A stretch of DNA of 64,000 nucleotides. Origin: Trypethelium eluteriae (Eukaryota). How positions within the stretch are numbered: the stretch's first letter is position 1; each line of letters opens with the position of its first letter. Position numbers and translations under genes: made by a program. Shown here one piece after another: positions 35,216 through 47,287 of this stretch. The stretch is taken from the NCBI GenBank assembly GCA_051942245.1, contig JAVECL010000015.1, positions 1 through 64,000 of the forward strand. The letters are read 5' to 3'. The notes under the pieces were generated by a model, which worked only from the letters and a program-made list of their open reading frames with translations, did no database searches and was not told the DNA's origin.

Positions 35216-38131
35216 ATGGAGCCTTTTTCTTTCGCGAGCTCGGCCACCTTGAATGTGCCTGTAGCCGTCAAAATGTATGTGTTCTCGAGTTCTATTTTAT
35301 TAGAAAGACTCTCAGGCTCACCATCATAAATAGAAATTCTTTAGACGGCCAACAGAAACCAGTACCATTCTCGACACTTCTAAAGCGGCCAGAGCTAAGA
35401 TATAGAGGTTCAAATCTAAGGTACAGAGGCGATATCTCGGATGGTGCTACAAAGCTGACTAGACCTCCGAAGCCCTCACTTTGAGCTTTACGTAACGGCG
35501 CAACTATGGGCCGATAGCAAACCCCTTACCGTCCCAGTACAGACTGCGTATAAGCACTTCAAAACTGGAAGAACGTGGAATGAATGGCTTTCACTGCCCG
35601 TCAATTACTCAGATGCACCGTACTCGTCCCATTTAGCGATTACCGTATGGGACCTCTCTCCCGTCGATGGCGAAGGAGCCAATGGTCATGCTATTCCATT
35701 CGGAGGCACGACTATTGCACTTTTTGACAAAGAAAATACTTTGAAGAAAGGTCGTCAGAGATGCTATCTCCATCGTCACAAGGTTGCAGATGGTCTATCT
35801 TCCTCCTCTACGCCGGCGTCTGTTCCAACTCCTCGCAAAATCAGACGAAACGGTGAAACCCAATCTTCACAAGCAGACGAGCGAGTGAAAGAAATGGAGC
35901 GGCTGGAGGCTTTGATGAAGAAGCACGAAATGGGTGAAATACCCGAGAACAAGTGGTTAGACCAGCTTGTATTTCGGCAGATCGAGAAGCTCGAGCGCAG
36001 TGTTTTGAGAAAATCGGAGCAGCCCAAATTATCTAATTTGGACGCCGAAATTGACAATACCGGCAATGATGATGCTATCGATACTGATGGAAATGGTGAG
36101 GCTAATGATGTGGACACCAATGAGAAGTTCTATCTATACGTGGATTTCCCTCGTTTTGACCATCCCATCGTCTTTACGGACCATGAGTATCCTGCCCCTC
36201 CCGTTTCAACACTTCAATCACATTCTCTACACAATTCTGATGTCCGCCTCAAGCCGCCGCCAGAGGTCACCTACGGCCCTGGTATAGGTGCTGAGGATGG
36301 TGATCACGGCGACCCTGATGCTGGACGGCTGGTCAGAATCTATGATCCTGAAGTTGGCATCAGAGAAAACCCTTGCGAGATCAAGCATCGCAGGCTAGTT
36401 CGAGGTCACCGCACAAATGCAATGGATCGCGATCTAAAGCCGAATGCTAAAATCAGAGATGAACTAAATATGATCATGTCCTATGGTCCCACGCAAGCCC
36501 TCAATGGCGAAGAGCGGGATTTGGTCTGGAAATTCAGACATCATCTTACACGTGATAAGAGGGCTCTTACTAAATTTGTCAAGTCAGTAAATTGGAGCGA
36601 CAGCAACGAAGCACGCCAGGCAGTTCAGCTTCTACCAAAATGGACGGAGATTGATGTAGATGATGCTTTGGAACTTCTTGGTCCAACTTTCGACAATCCA
36701 GCGGTTCGCTCCTATGCCGTCGATCGGCTTAGGAAAGCTGACGATGAAGAACTTCTATTGTATCTTCTTCAGCTCGTGCAAGCTTTAAAATTCGAGCCTA
36801 AACTTGACGAAACCAGCGAGGAGAGGTTGACTCAAGACTCATCGCTGGCGCGCTTTCTCATCACCCGCGCCGCAAACAACTTTCTCCTCGGCAATTACTT
36901 CCATTGGTATCTCATGGTTGAATGTGATGATCTCAGCCCGGAACAGCGTCCTGAGCACCGCAAGCTCTTTGCTCGCGTCGAGTACGATTTCATGATGACC
37001 TTAGAGCAAGCTGCTGATGGTGCTGCCCGTCGTAGAACTTTGCTCCGACAAGGGGAGTTTATCGCCATCCTCTCAAAAATCTCAAAAGACATACGCTTCT
37101 CACGAGAAGACCGTCCGAAGAAAATTGAGCGTCTAAAGAAGTATCTCGCAGACCCCAAAAACGACGTCCAAACTATCGACCCACCGTTGCCACTGCCCCT
37201 CGACCCTAATGTCCTCATCACCAGCATCGATCCTACCGAAGCCTCCGTCTTCAAGTCTTCCCTCTTTCCTCTTCTTGTTTCCCTCCGCACCAGTACCGGT
37301 GCAAGATACCCCATTATCTTCAAAACAGGCGATGACCTTCGACAGGATCAACTCGTAATCCAAATCATCACACTCATGGATCGGCTCCTACGGAAGGAGA
37401 ATCTCGACCTCCAGCTTACCCCTTACGCCATTCTCGCTACCTCTCCTTCCGCCGGCGCGGTCCAGTTCGTCGCTTCCTCCCCTCTCTCCGCCATCGTTGC
37501 TAAGCACAAGGGCTCCCTACTCGCCTACCTTCGCGCGCATAACCCGGACTCAAGCGCTCCGCTCGGGGTGCGTCGAGATGCTATGGATACGTATGTGAAG
37601 TCGTGCGCGGGCTACTGCGTTATCACATACCTACTCGGGGTCGGGGATCGTCACTTGGACAACCTCTTACTAAGTCCGTCGGGAAGATTTTTCCACGCCG
37701 ACTTTGGGTACATTCTGGGAAGAGACCCGAAGCCGTTTGCGCCGCTCATGAAGCTCTGCCGCGAGATGGTGGAGGGCATGGGAGGGTCTGGGTCTCCGCA
37801 ATACGCAATGTTCAGACAGCATTGCTTCACAGCGTATTCGGCGCTAAGGAAGTCGAGCAACCTGATTCTCAATCTGTTTGCCCTGATGTGCGAGGCGAAT
37901 GTGCCAGATATCAGAATAATGGAGGGAAGGAGTGCTGGGCTGGGAGGAGCAGCGGCGGTTAGGGAGGCGAGTGGTGGTGTGGTGATGAAAGTTATGGAAA
38001 GATTTCATTTGGAGATGGGAGAAGAAGAGGCGGAAAGGCACTTTGAGGGGTTGATTGGGGATAGTGTGAATGCGGTCTTGCCGGTGGTCATCGATCGATT
38101 GCATGGACTAGTCCAGAATTGGAGAGCGTAG
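35216..38131 (+). CDS. VPS34: Class III phosphatidylinositol 3-kinase Vps34
   Basis: C2 domain split by two 5' introns (MEPFSFASS..., WNEWLSLP). Also DVDDALELL, FKTGDDLRQDQL, SCAGYCVITYLLGVGDRHLDNLLL and HADFGYILGRDPKPF. Confidence 0.97.
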
Positions 38132-38910
38132 ACTTTGTACATGCGCTTTTTCAACAATACTTATCGAAAAGCCAAGGCCTTGTTGAAGAAAGCGGTTCAC
38201 TCGCCACGAAGATCCCATTTACCGAGGTTGGGTTGCTTTGAAAAGACAGTGCCACACCGAAGGCGAGAATTACCGGTCGGGCCTAATATCGTTAAGGAGC
38301 GGGTATGCTGGGTAGCCACAATATTAGCAAGACGGTACCTATGGGCACGAGGAGGCTGGAGTGATTGGGAGAATCCGCCGACTCCACAGCTGGTATTGAA
38401 ATCATCCGGATGCACAGGGTAGCGTTGTCGTAGGATACCTAGAGGTATCATACAGAATCTTACTCAGCACAGAGTGACTAAGGAAGGCGCGGCTCTGACT
38501 ACGAAACAAGCTCTAGCTGCGCCGTACAGCTGCATTTGCAAAAATCACATCATTCATGCTACGCACTCTCTTATGCTGATGTCGTAGCGATATCCCACGA
38601 TACCACAAGCCGATCCACTAGCACCGGCGGGATTCTATTGGCAGGTTGTAGCTCTGCAATGCGACATGGCCCCTGTATCACGCATCTTTCGCACCGCTAA
38701 CCTGGTCAACACACGTGATTTGCACGAGATGGCAGCTTCGTGCAGGAGGCTAGGAGCATAAGTATCGCAATGAAAATCGTTCCAACAGCAGTCTCAAATC
38801 TCTCACGTTTAGCTCAGGGATAAAGAGCTGGGTCCGGAAATCGCTTTTTTTGTCTTTTCCCCAAGGCTGAATCGACGCCTCTTAAAGCCGTCCATATCAT
38901 CCATCCCGCA

Positions 38911-39863
38911 ATGAGTAGCCCTAGTGTTGCGTTCCAGCAGCATCCGCATACCTATCACGATACAAAAGCAGCATACTTACTGCCTAATTCGTAAGCTTTC
39001 GAAGATCTGTGTCGCGGCTTACTCGAGCTCAATGCAGTTGTAGAACGGCGGAGCAGGAGAGGCTTGCAGGTCAGGCTGCTGCTCTCAAAGCTCTTGTGGG
39101 CGGTAATGTGCTTCATACTACTGCTCTTCCAGATTCGCCCGATGCACGATTCTTAGACATCGGCTGCGGCACTGGAAGTGTCACTTACGACATCGCTCGT
39201 CAATTTCCCTCTGCAAAAGTCTACGGGCTTGACCTATCTGCCATCCAGATTCTCGACGACAAACCGCCAAACGTCGAGTTCGTCAAAGGAGATCTCTTTG
39301 AGCTCGCAGGGCACGATGAGCGTCTCCAGCTAGGCTCATTTGACTTCGTCTTCTCCCGGTTGCTAATATGTGGCATGACGGACTGGGTCAAATATCTGAA
39401 GACGGTAGCATCCCTCCTCAAGCGCGGTGCACCTTGTGAATTCCAAGAGTACACGTGGGAACATTATCGTGATGGCAAGCGAGTTGGCTTGGAGTGGCGC
39501 TGGTTGCAAGCAGCACGAGCCGGAGCCAAGAAACGAGGTCTCGATTTAGACTGCGGAAAACATATGGCGGGTTACGCTCATAACGCCGGTCTTGTTGGCA
39601 TTACACAGAAAACTTACGATGTTCCGGCGGGGACGTGGATGGCGAAGTCAAACCCTCAGGCCGAGATTATGGGCATTGACTCTGAGCGGGCTGAGATTGG
39701 TTTCCATCTGGTAGCTCAGAAGAAGATGGTGGACCAAACGCAGTATTCTGAAGAAGAATTAAAAGACCTTGAAGAAGAGTGCGCGCGTACATTAAAAGCT
39801 GAACGTGAGGGCAGATATTGGCCTCTCATCGTGACTATGGCTAGGAAATCCGAAGAGCAGTAA
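38911..39863 (+). CDS. Class I SAM-dependent methyltransferase (LaeA-like fungal family)
   Basis: YLLPNS|TAEQERL (intron 38991-39043), FLDIGCGTG, VYGLDLS, PPNVEF and FDFVFSRLL. Confidence 0.85.
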
Positions 39864-40089
39864 TGAACAGTCAAATGATCGAAAATTCTTAAGAATTTGA
39901 TGGTGCGTCGCTTCCCTGATTTGACTCAGGTGGCGAGGTCAATCGGCTTTCTTGCTGGCTTTTGCTGTGACTAAGATCGACTTTCATCCACTCTATACAC
40001 CTCGCTAGGTAATGGATGGCTTCCTATAGATCCAAGCCTTTGCTCATTCCTTACTACGCGTGAGTATTGAGACCCATTATTGCACATTT

Positions 40090-41764
40090 TCAAAAGACGT
40101 AACGAAAATCCGGGTTCTCTTTGTCAGTCAGATTTCTCCACTTTTCGGCGTCCGACATATCATCTACACTTTGTGGCGTTCTTCCCGAGCGATTCCGATG
40201 CCAGTTGACCAAAAGGTAATAGCTGAACAAGACAACTGACATCAAGGCAGTAGCAGCCTGTGTTGCTAGGACAGTGATTTTTGCAGGAATGTACTGTGGT
40301 GCGTCCTTAGCCTGGAATGTTTGCGGACCGATGATACTGCCAATGCCGAAGCCTATCGAAAGCAGGGCGAAACTCGTAGTGCGTTTCGTCTGTCCAGCAA
40401 CATTCGATGCAGCCCACTGATAAACGATCGGCGAAGAGGCGATGACGGCGTTTACAAGATACACTCCGGCGAGAAGACCGGCATGGTTTGTCTCTGGCAT
40501 GAAGGACATGAGAGCGCCTCCGATGATTCCGGGTACGCAAATCGCAACCAGCCAAGCCCAGCGATTGGAGGTGCGTCGAATTCCAAAGCCAGCGACCAGT
40601 GTGCTCGCTATGGATACTACACCACTCGGCATGTTCAGGAGTGCTGCAATAGGCGGCGTGTATCCGAAGTTTCTGATAACAGTGGCTGAATAGTTCGTAA
40701 CAATCCCACTTGAACTGGAGGGCTGTATATTACAGTCAGCTTCACCAGCTCGCTTTCTGCCCGGACCAAACTTACCAGTATCATGAGTAAGATGAGTAGC
40801 CAAATTTGTGGGTCTAGTAGCACCTCGAGGGTGTGTTTGATTTTGAACCTTCTATTGACTATACCTGTCTGGTTCACAGCGACATGGTGCAGCAGGGCAG
40901 TTTTTTCCGTTTCCGAAAGGAATCTAGCATCGATAGGACTGTCCGGTAGTATCAGGATTGTCCCGAGACCAATTGCCACAGTGACACAACCTAGAGTAAC
41001 AAACATGGCTTTCCAGCCAGAGAACGAAGGATTCGATACATGTTGGAAGGCGAACGAGATAAGGCCTCCAAGGATCTGCGCAATGCCTACTCCCGTATAC
41101 CAGAAAGAGAATCGGGGAGCTTGTTCTGACTTTGTATACCATTGGCTGCTCACGATTGTTAGAGATGGGGCTATAGAGGCTTCAAAGATGCCCAGAAAGA
41201 TCCTCGCGGCTAGCAGAGTGCTATAGTCCTTCGTCGCTGCCGTGCACGCCACTGTAATGCCCCACAGAAGGACATTTGCTCCGAGCCATTTAGCTACAGG
41301 CAGCTTATTGAGTAGGAAAGCTCCCAGCCGTCAGTCACCTGTCACCCTACTGTCGTTGGCCGAGCTTACCGTTCGGTATTTCTGCAATCACATAAGCAAC
41401 GAAGAAAGCCGTTCCAACATTGGTAAAGTCATTGCCTGTGAGGTTTAGATCTTTGTTCAGACCCATGACCGCCGAATACTGTTCATTAATTCAGCAGCAG
41501 GGATGTGCTACGATGTAATCTTTGGCTTACGTTAAGGGAGACCTTGTCAAGGAACTGGATGAAGTAGCAACAAAACATAATCGGCACAATATGCCAATCT
41601 ATTTTGCGGCGAAGTACATCGAGATTGACATGACTAGCGGTCTCGCTACTGACATGGGTCTTGATAAGGAACTCGTAGGCCTGGTCAGTGTCTTGTGTGA
41701 TACGGAGATTTTCTTGAGGTGACTCTTGTTCCGAGGAGTAGTCCAGTCGCTCATGCTTTTCCAT
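40090..41764 (-). CDS. MFS anion:cation symporter, allantoate permease (Dal5-like), 4 exons
   Basis: LRRKIDWHIVPIM..QFLDK, RIFLGIFEA, QWYTKSEQAPR, SNVAGQTKR, GPQTFQAKDAPQY and LTDKENPDFRYVF*. Confidence 0.9.
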
Positions 41765-43451
41765 GTCCACGTGCGAGATTTGTATGACAAATTCTGCTTT
41801 AGGAGGTTGAGGAAGAGGAGAGAAAAGCTTACGCAAGGGGAGATATGACCAAAATGTTATTAAATAGCATTGGACAATGTCCCATCAAACCTTCTGTACA
41901 CTGAAGGATTCTAGCGGCATCATTTTCAGCTTACGGCACAGCAAGCTTTGTCGATAGGTGCCCTGGCGCCCTCTCTGGCGAAGACTGGCCGATATTCACG
42001 GTACAGACTTGGGTGCATTGATCGTCGGATAGCAATGCATGTCAGAAAGTCGGCGCTGTGGATGATCTCCTTACCCGACTGCAAAACTCAGCATCCTGGA
42101 CTGAGTCGACAAGAAGCTGGTAGCCAAATAGTGATCGGGGGATCCAAGGGAAGAAAGGTATAGAGGGGACCAGAACCACTAGTGGGCAAACTATTTCTAA
42201 AAAAGAAAAGGAAAGAATCTCCTTTGTCAAACAAAATGAGCAGAGTCGAAATATACTCCACTACGGTACCATCGAGTTGGAAGTTCGGCGCCCCACTCAA
42301 TGCCTTGGCTACCCACCCGTGCTACCTAGGACATGGGCAGGAATGCGGAGTACTCCGTACGGAAGATACAGTCGCCCATTCCTAGACAGAGGGAGCTGGG
42401 TCGGCCATATTTTGTCTCTACTTCCTCGGTGAGAAAGTAAGACCCCTGCTGCATTACACGAAAACCATATCCATGCGTCCATCTCATGCGAGTAGCACGA
42501 GTGCAGGCCGTACCCATTGAGGCTACTGTCTATTGATCCACGAAACTTTGAACACAGCGACATCTAGAGGAGCGAAGGGTCTCGCGGTACACAGTAACAG
42601 TTCCCGGACAACGCTACCTCAAGCAGGACTGTCCCACTACTCCGTAGATTTGGGTAAGACTGAGGGGTCGAATCAGCGAAATTGAAGAGAGGAGGGAAAG
42701 AAAGGATAAAATCAACTTATCCGATTGGCTCAGATTTGCTTTTTGCTAGACCCTAGCCCAGCAAAGTCATCTGCTCAGGTAGCCAGCAACAGTCACCTAG
42801 CCAACTGGCTTTGCAAGATACTGTGATTTGCTTCGGCTTCTTAGTCCTTAAGATACCTGACCAAGTTGTCTTTGAATTTGGATCATTCAGAACGCCCGTA
42901 GTGCACTTGAGTTTGTCGCTATGATAGCTCATAGGGTGCGGAGTGAATCTCTCAATTGCTGATCAAAGCCTCAGCGGATAATGCCGCACAATAGCTGTAT
43001 GAGACGAGGATACTCAGATGGACCAGTAGAATAAAACAACGTGGCTTGCGGTCCTCTGCTCTCTGCCTCGTGGATTTCCACTCGTGCGATGCCCGTAGGA
43101 TTTAGTCTCCTGCTTGCCCTATTGCCATCCAGTCTCGTGCAGCGATGACTCCCTTCTGCGAATCAATGACACCTGTAAAAGGTGATTCATAGGTACTTGA
43201 CTTGAGGGTGTGCTACCTCATAAAGCCCCTGGAGTGGACCCTGGGACGTGAGACTCGATGGTTTTGACTAGATGAGAAATGACGCGGAGGTGTTTATGCC
43301 CGGAACGCGCATCGCCTGACGCACTGCCTCATGGCCACGACATCACCGTCAAAGCTATTTTAAGTCTTCAATAATACATGTAATCTACTTCGACACTCTC
43401 AGTCCATTCTCTCTTTTCCATTCTCTCGCTACTCACATTCGCTACCCTATC

Positions 43452-44418
43452 ATGGCTCCAATCGCCGCGATTTCGAAGCCTCATATCCACAATCTTGCTC
43501 GCCGAGCAGCCGTAACTACTGGATCCTATCTCGCTCAATATTCCGCGCACCACGCTCTTGCGACCAGAAGTCTGAGCGTCAACAAGGCTCAGGAAGTCAC
43601 GTTGGGTATCATTGCTGTATACGTTGTCGTCATTGCCTTGCTCTGGAATTTGCCCTACGTTCGCATGATCCTATGGCCCTTCAAGGTATCTCTACTTCAT
43701 TGGTTCTCGAGGTGTATTCTATAGGCGGCGACTAACGATGCATCAGATGCTGACAATCGCCTTCCACGAATTTGGCCACGCCATAACTGCCCTCCTGACC
43801 GGCGGCCACGTCAAATCCATCTCCCTGGACCCTCACGAGGGCGGCGTGACACATATGTTGGGCGGCAAGCAGGCCTTTACGCTACCAGCGGGATATCTTG
43901 GGTCCTCTCTTATTGGCGCACTGCTCATATTCTGCGGCTTTGATATCGTGGCGTCCAAAGTTGCAAGTCTTGTCCTCGGCGTATGCTTCTTGTTGACACT
44001 CTGGTGGGCTCGGAGGGACTGGCTTACCATTGGTACCGTGCTTGCGGCGGTGGGCTTACTTGTGGGCTGTTGGTTCATTGCTCATGCAGAGGCACTGCGC
44101 TTCGTGGTACTCTTCATCGGGGTCATGTCAAGTCTTTATAGCGCTTGGGACATCGTAAGGCTACCTCCCTTCGTTGCGTCTTCATCGTACGCTAACAGCA
44201 GATCCTAGTGCGATGATCTCATCCTCAGAAAAGTCAATTCTTCAGATGCGAGCGTGTTTGCGGAAAGATATGGTGGCTCCTCGCAATGCTGGGGCGTTAT
44301 TTGGTCCATGATCTCCTTGATCTTCATGATCGCGGGAATTCTTGCAGGCATCGCCGCCTTCCCTGAGTCGGCCACCCAGCAGAAACAAGACTCTCAGAAA
44401 TTCATTCCGACTTTCTGA
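43452..44418 (+). CDS. Peptidase M50B-like membrane metalloprotease, 3 exons
   Basis: LWPFK|MLTIAFHEFGHA (HExxH), LPAGYLGS, YSAWDI|CDDLILRKVNSSDAS. Confidence 0.88.
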
Positions 44419-44569
44419 TGCGCTACGGCTGCGCCGGTTGTTTGGACTCATTAGTGCAACAGGGTTGTGCACAATCATCTGCCGCGATCTCGCAGCTCCC
44501 GTGCGTATCTTTGAGTACAACGAAGTGTTCCGGCAACTGGATTTTACAGAAAGATTGATAAGAATGGTA

Positions 44570-45960
44570 TCAGGCCATACAACACAAATCCAAACGCGTC
44601 AGCCCCACGCTAATTGCCCCCCGTAGCGCCAGGCCGAGCATGCTTTCAGCATTTCCTTTGAAGATGTTTCGGAAGCCCAGTGTCACCATTGTGACATCAG
44701 CCTGGATCATGCGAACTCGATCGCGAAATCGCATGCATTGGCCGAGATTGGCCGCATCATATGATGCAACATCTGGAGGTTCCAAGCGGCATGGCTTGAG
44801 GATCGTGATATCCGAGATTCGTGCGATAGCCAGCGCCGCTTGTATCATTTCACGCAGAATGTAGCTGGGAATCTTATGGTCATTTATTGGTGGATCATCA
44901 ATTGCCTTATACCCCCCGGTTCGGTTGTATCTCGTGCTTTCCCAGGATAGCAAGGATTATTCGTTACAAGCGTCGCAACGCCGTGGTCAGGTCCCAAATG
45001 GTATTTCACTTAACTAGGAAAGATTGATGACGGCGCAAAGGATTGATTCACTATTTATCTATCTCAGTGTTATCAAAGCCTGTGTTTCTGAGAGAGTTCA
45101 CTGTCAACTTAAAGTCTACTTCAAAATGGAAGGAAAGGAATACGAATCAAAATGGTTTTGAAGGTTTGCCTTCGTTCAAATTACGCTGCTCCATTCAAAA
45201 ATCTAGGGAGCCTTTGAGGAGCTGCAGTACGAATATCGTCAACTATTTGTCTCTAAATTTGGTCACATTTTAGCTACCGTATTTGTTTGGCTTCCTTTCA
45301 AAGCACGCTTCGATGTCTGTCTTGTTCCATCTGGCCTGCACTAGGGCTTCATTATCTCACCACTGCCTCCAAGTCTTTCGCCAGTAGCTAGGCGATACTT
45401 TTTCACTACGTCTAGGTTGTCCTTTAGATTCTGCTCGAGAAGGAGATTGATATTCAAAAAAACAAAACAAAAAAAAGAACATAATAGTCCTTTTGCTCTC
45501 CTCCATCTAGCTGCCCCATAGACGCTCTGTATTGCTTCAGTTTTTCTGTCAATTGAATTAGCACTTTATATCCATTCTGATCCTTATTTCGGTTAGTAAC
45601 GTAGCACCGTACTTCAAAATTTATGGCGGACTTCCAGGTTCCAAGCTTGTACCTTTGTAGTCTTCCTGCTAACTCCAGATGCAAAGAATCAAAGCAAAGT
45701 TAGAGACTCTAGCGAAATATACATTTTGGCTTTTTAAAAGTTGCCGCCGTTTTACTGAAATTATGCAAGTAATCGGCATTACAACGTCGCGTAAGTCCAG
45801 CTTCGTTCATAGCTGGAACATCAAACAGGGAGTCGCAGAGCCGCCGATTGAAGCGCTTGACGATCCTAATTTGCAGAAATTCACCGATCTCCGAGAGGTA
45901 GGCATTTGGAATCTTACGCACGCATCATGTGAGAATGTGGCTGGCGTCATAGCCGATTAA
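44570..45960 (-). pseudogene. Probable decayed protein-coding relic, family unknown
   Basis: Consecutive protein-like minus-strand fragments (45709-45921, 45454-45684, about 45050-45430 with in-frame stops, 44570-44953) and an intron-like pyrimidine tract ending in CAG near 45432. Confidence 0.3.
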
Positions 45961-46381
45961 GTCTATGCTATGCCCGAAGACTGTGAGAAATCGGCGACAT
46001 TGCCATTCCCAAGACTTAGTGAGGCATAATGGGCTCGAGGAGAGACGTGAGGGAATACGGTGAGATTATTGAAAATTTGGAGTAGGGTCTTCATTCCCTC
46101 TGAAACCACAGGAAAGGCTTGAAAGAGATGTTAAGCGGGACTGTCCTCATAATTACGAATGCTGCCAACGATGAGGCATGTACAGAAGGTTGGATTTAGA
46201 TGATAGCGATGACTTTATTGCAATTATTAGGCCCAAATATCTACGTATAGACTTCCGATCCGAACAAATGCATTTTCACGCTTTTACTGCCGGTAGCCAC
46301 CTCATTACGCAGTACCACGGCGTTCAGCCCCAACTTCCCATCTCCCGAGAATAGAGAGAATCATTTGACTAGAGTACATTT

Positions 46382-47287
46382 TTACAGCATCATTGCCGCA
46401 GCGACGAAAGCAAAGACACCCACGACGGCGGACGAGATGGTAGCACCAGCAGGGGCGGCGCCAGGGAAGGGGACTGGAGAGGAAGTAGCAGTGTTGTTGC
46501 CGCTGCCGCTACCGGTACCGGAGCCAGATCCAGAGCCAGAGCCGGAGCCGGAGCCAGAGGTTGGGGAAGCAACACCAGAGGGAGCCTGGCCCGCAGACGA
46601 GGAGGTGGGGAAGGGAGCGGCGCCACCAGCAGAGGTGGCAGAGGTGGCGGAGGCGGAGGAAGAGGCGGCGGAAGAGGAGGCGGCAGAAGAGGATGAGGGG
46701 GCAGCGGAGGAAGAAGAGCCGCCTGCAGAGGAGCTGCTACCAGTGCCCTGGAAGGCGTCAATGCCTTGCTGGATGGCGTCGGTGATACCGGAAGAGAGCT
46801 GCTGGGCAAGCTGGGCGACGGCTTGGGGAACTTTTTGTGAGATGGCGGTGGAGAGGGCGGTGGCGTCAGACTTTTGTTGGTTTAATTGCTGCTCGACGGT
46901 TCCACCTTGACCAGCGCCTACGAGAGCAGACTTCTTGGCAATCAGGTCGGTGATAGTCTGATTGGTGGTCTTTTGAAGGGTCGTAACAACGCTCTGGAGC
47001 TGGAGTGCGTCGTCTAGAGAGATTTGGGAAGTGCCTTGGACGGTCTTGGTACCATCGCTGATCTTGGAGAGCACATTCTGGGACGCAGAAGTGAGGCTCT
47101 GGACTTGGCCAGCGCCGCTGAAGCTCTTCACAGCTGTGTCGAGCTGGCCAACGGCATCGTTGATGTTGTTGACGACGTTGGTAATAGTAGCCAAGTCACG
47201 CTTCACGGGGGAAGCGTGCTTGATGGTTGCATCAGCAACTGCACCAGTGGCGAGAGAGAAGAGAGAAACTGCTGCGAGAAACTTCAT
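46382..47287 (-). CDS. Hydrophobic surface binding protein A / cell wall mannoprotein 1-like, GPI-anchored
   Basis: True start is MKFLAAVSLF (47287). KR-DLATI precedes an HsbA-like helical domain ending IQQGIDAF, then a Ser/Ala/Gly-rich stalk, FPGAA and a hydrophobic C-terminus. Confidence 0.88.
   Translation of the reverse strand: MKFLAAVSLFSLATGAVADATIKHASPVKRDLATITNVVNNINDAVGQLDTAVKSFSGAGQVQSLTSASQNVLSKISDGTKTVQGTSQISLDDALQLQSVVTTLQKTTNQTITDLIAKKSALVGAGQGGTVEQQLNQQKSDATALSTAISQKVPQAVAQLAQQLSSGITDAIQQGIDAFQGTGSSSSAGGSSSSAAPSSSSAASSSAASSSASATSATSAGGAAPFPTSSSAGQAPSGVASPTSGSGSGSGSGSGSGTGSGSGNNTATSSPVPFPGAAPAGATISSAVVGVFAFVAAAMML

Noticed and set aside
46365..46910. Plus-strand ORF with PEPEPE/EEEAA repeats
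   Set aside because: It is the antisense shadow of the Ser/Gly/Ala-rich stalk of the HsbA-like gene.
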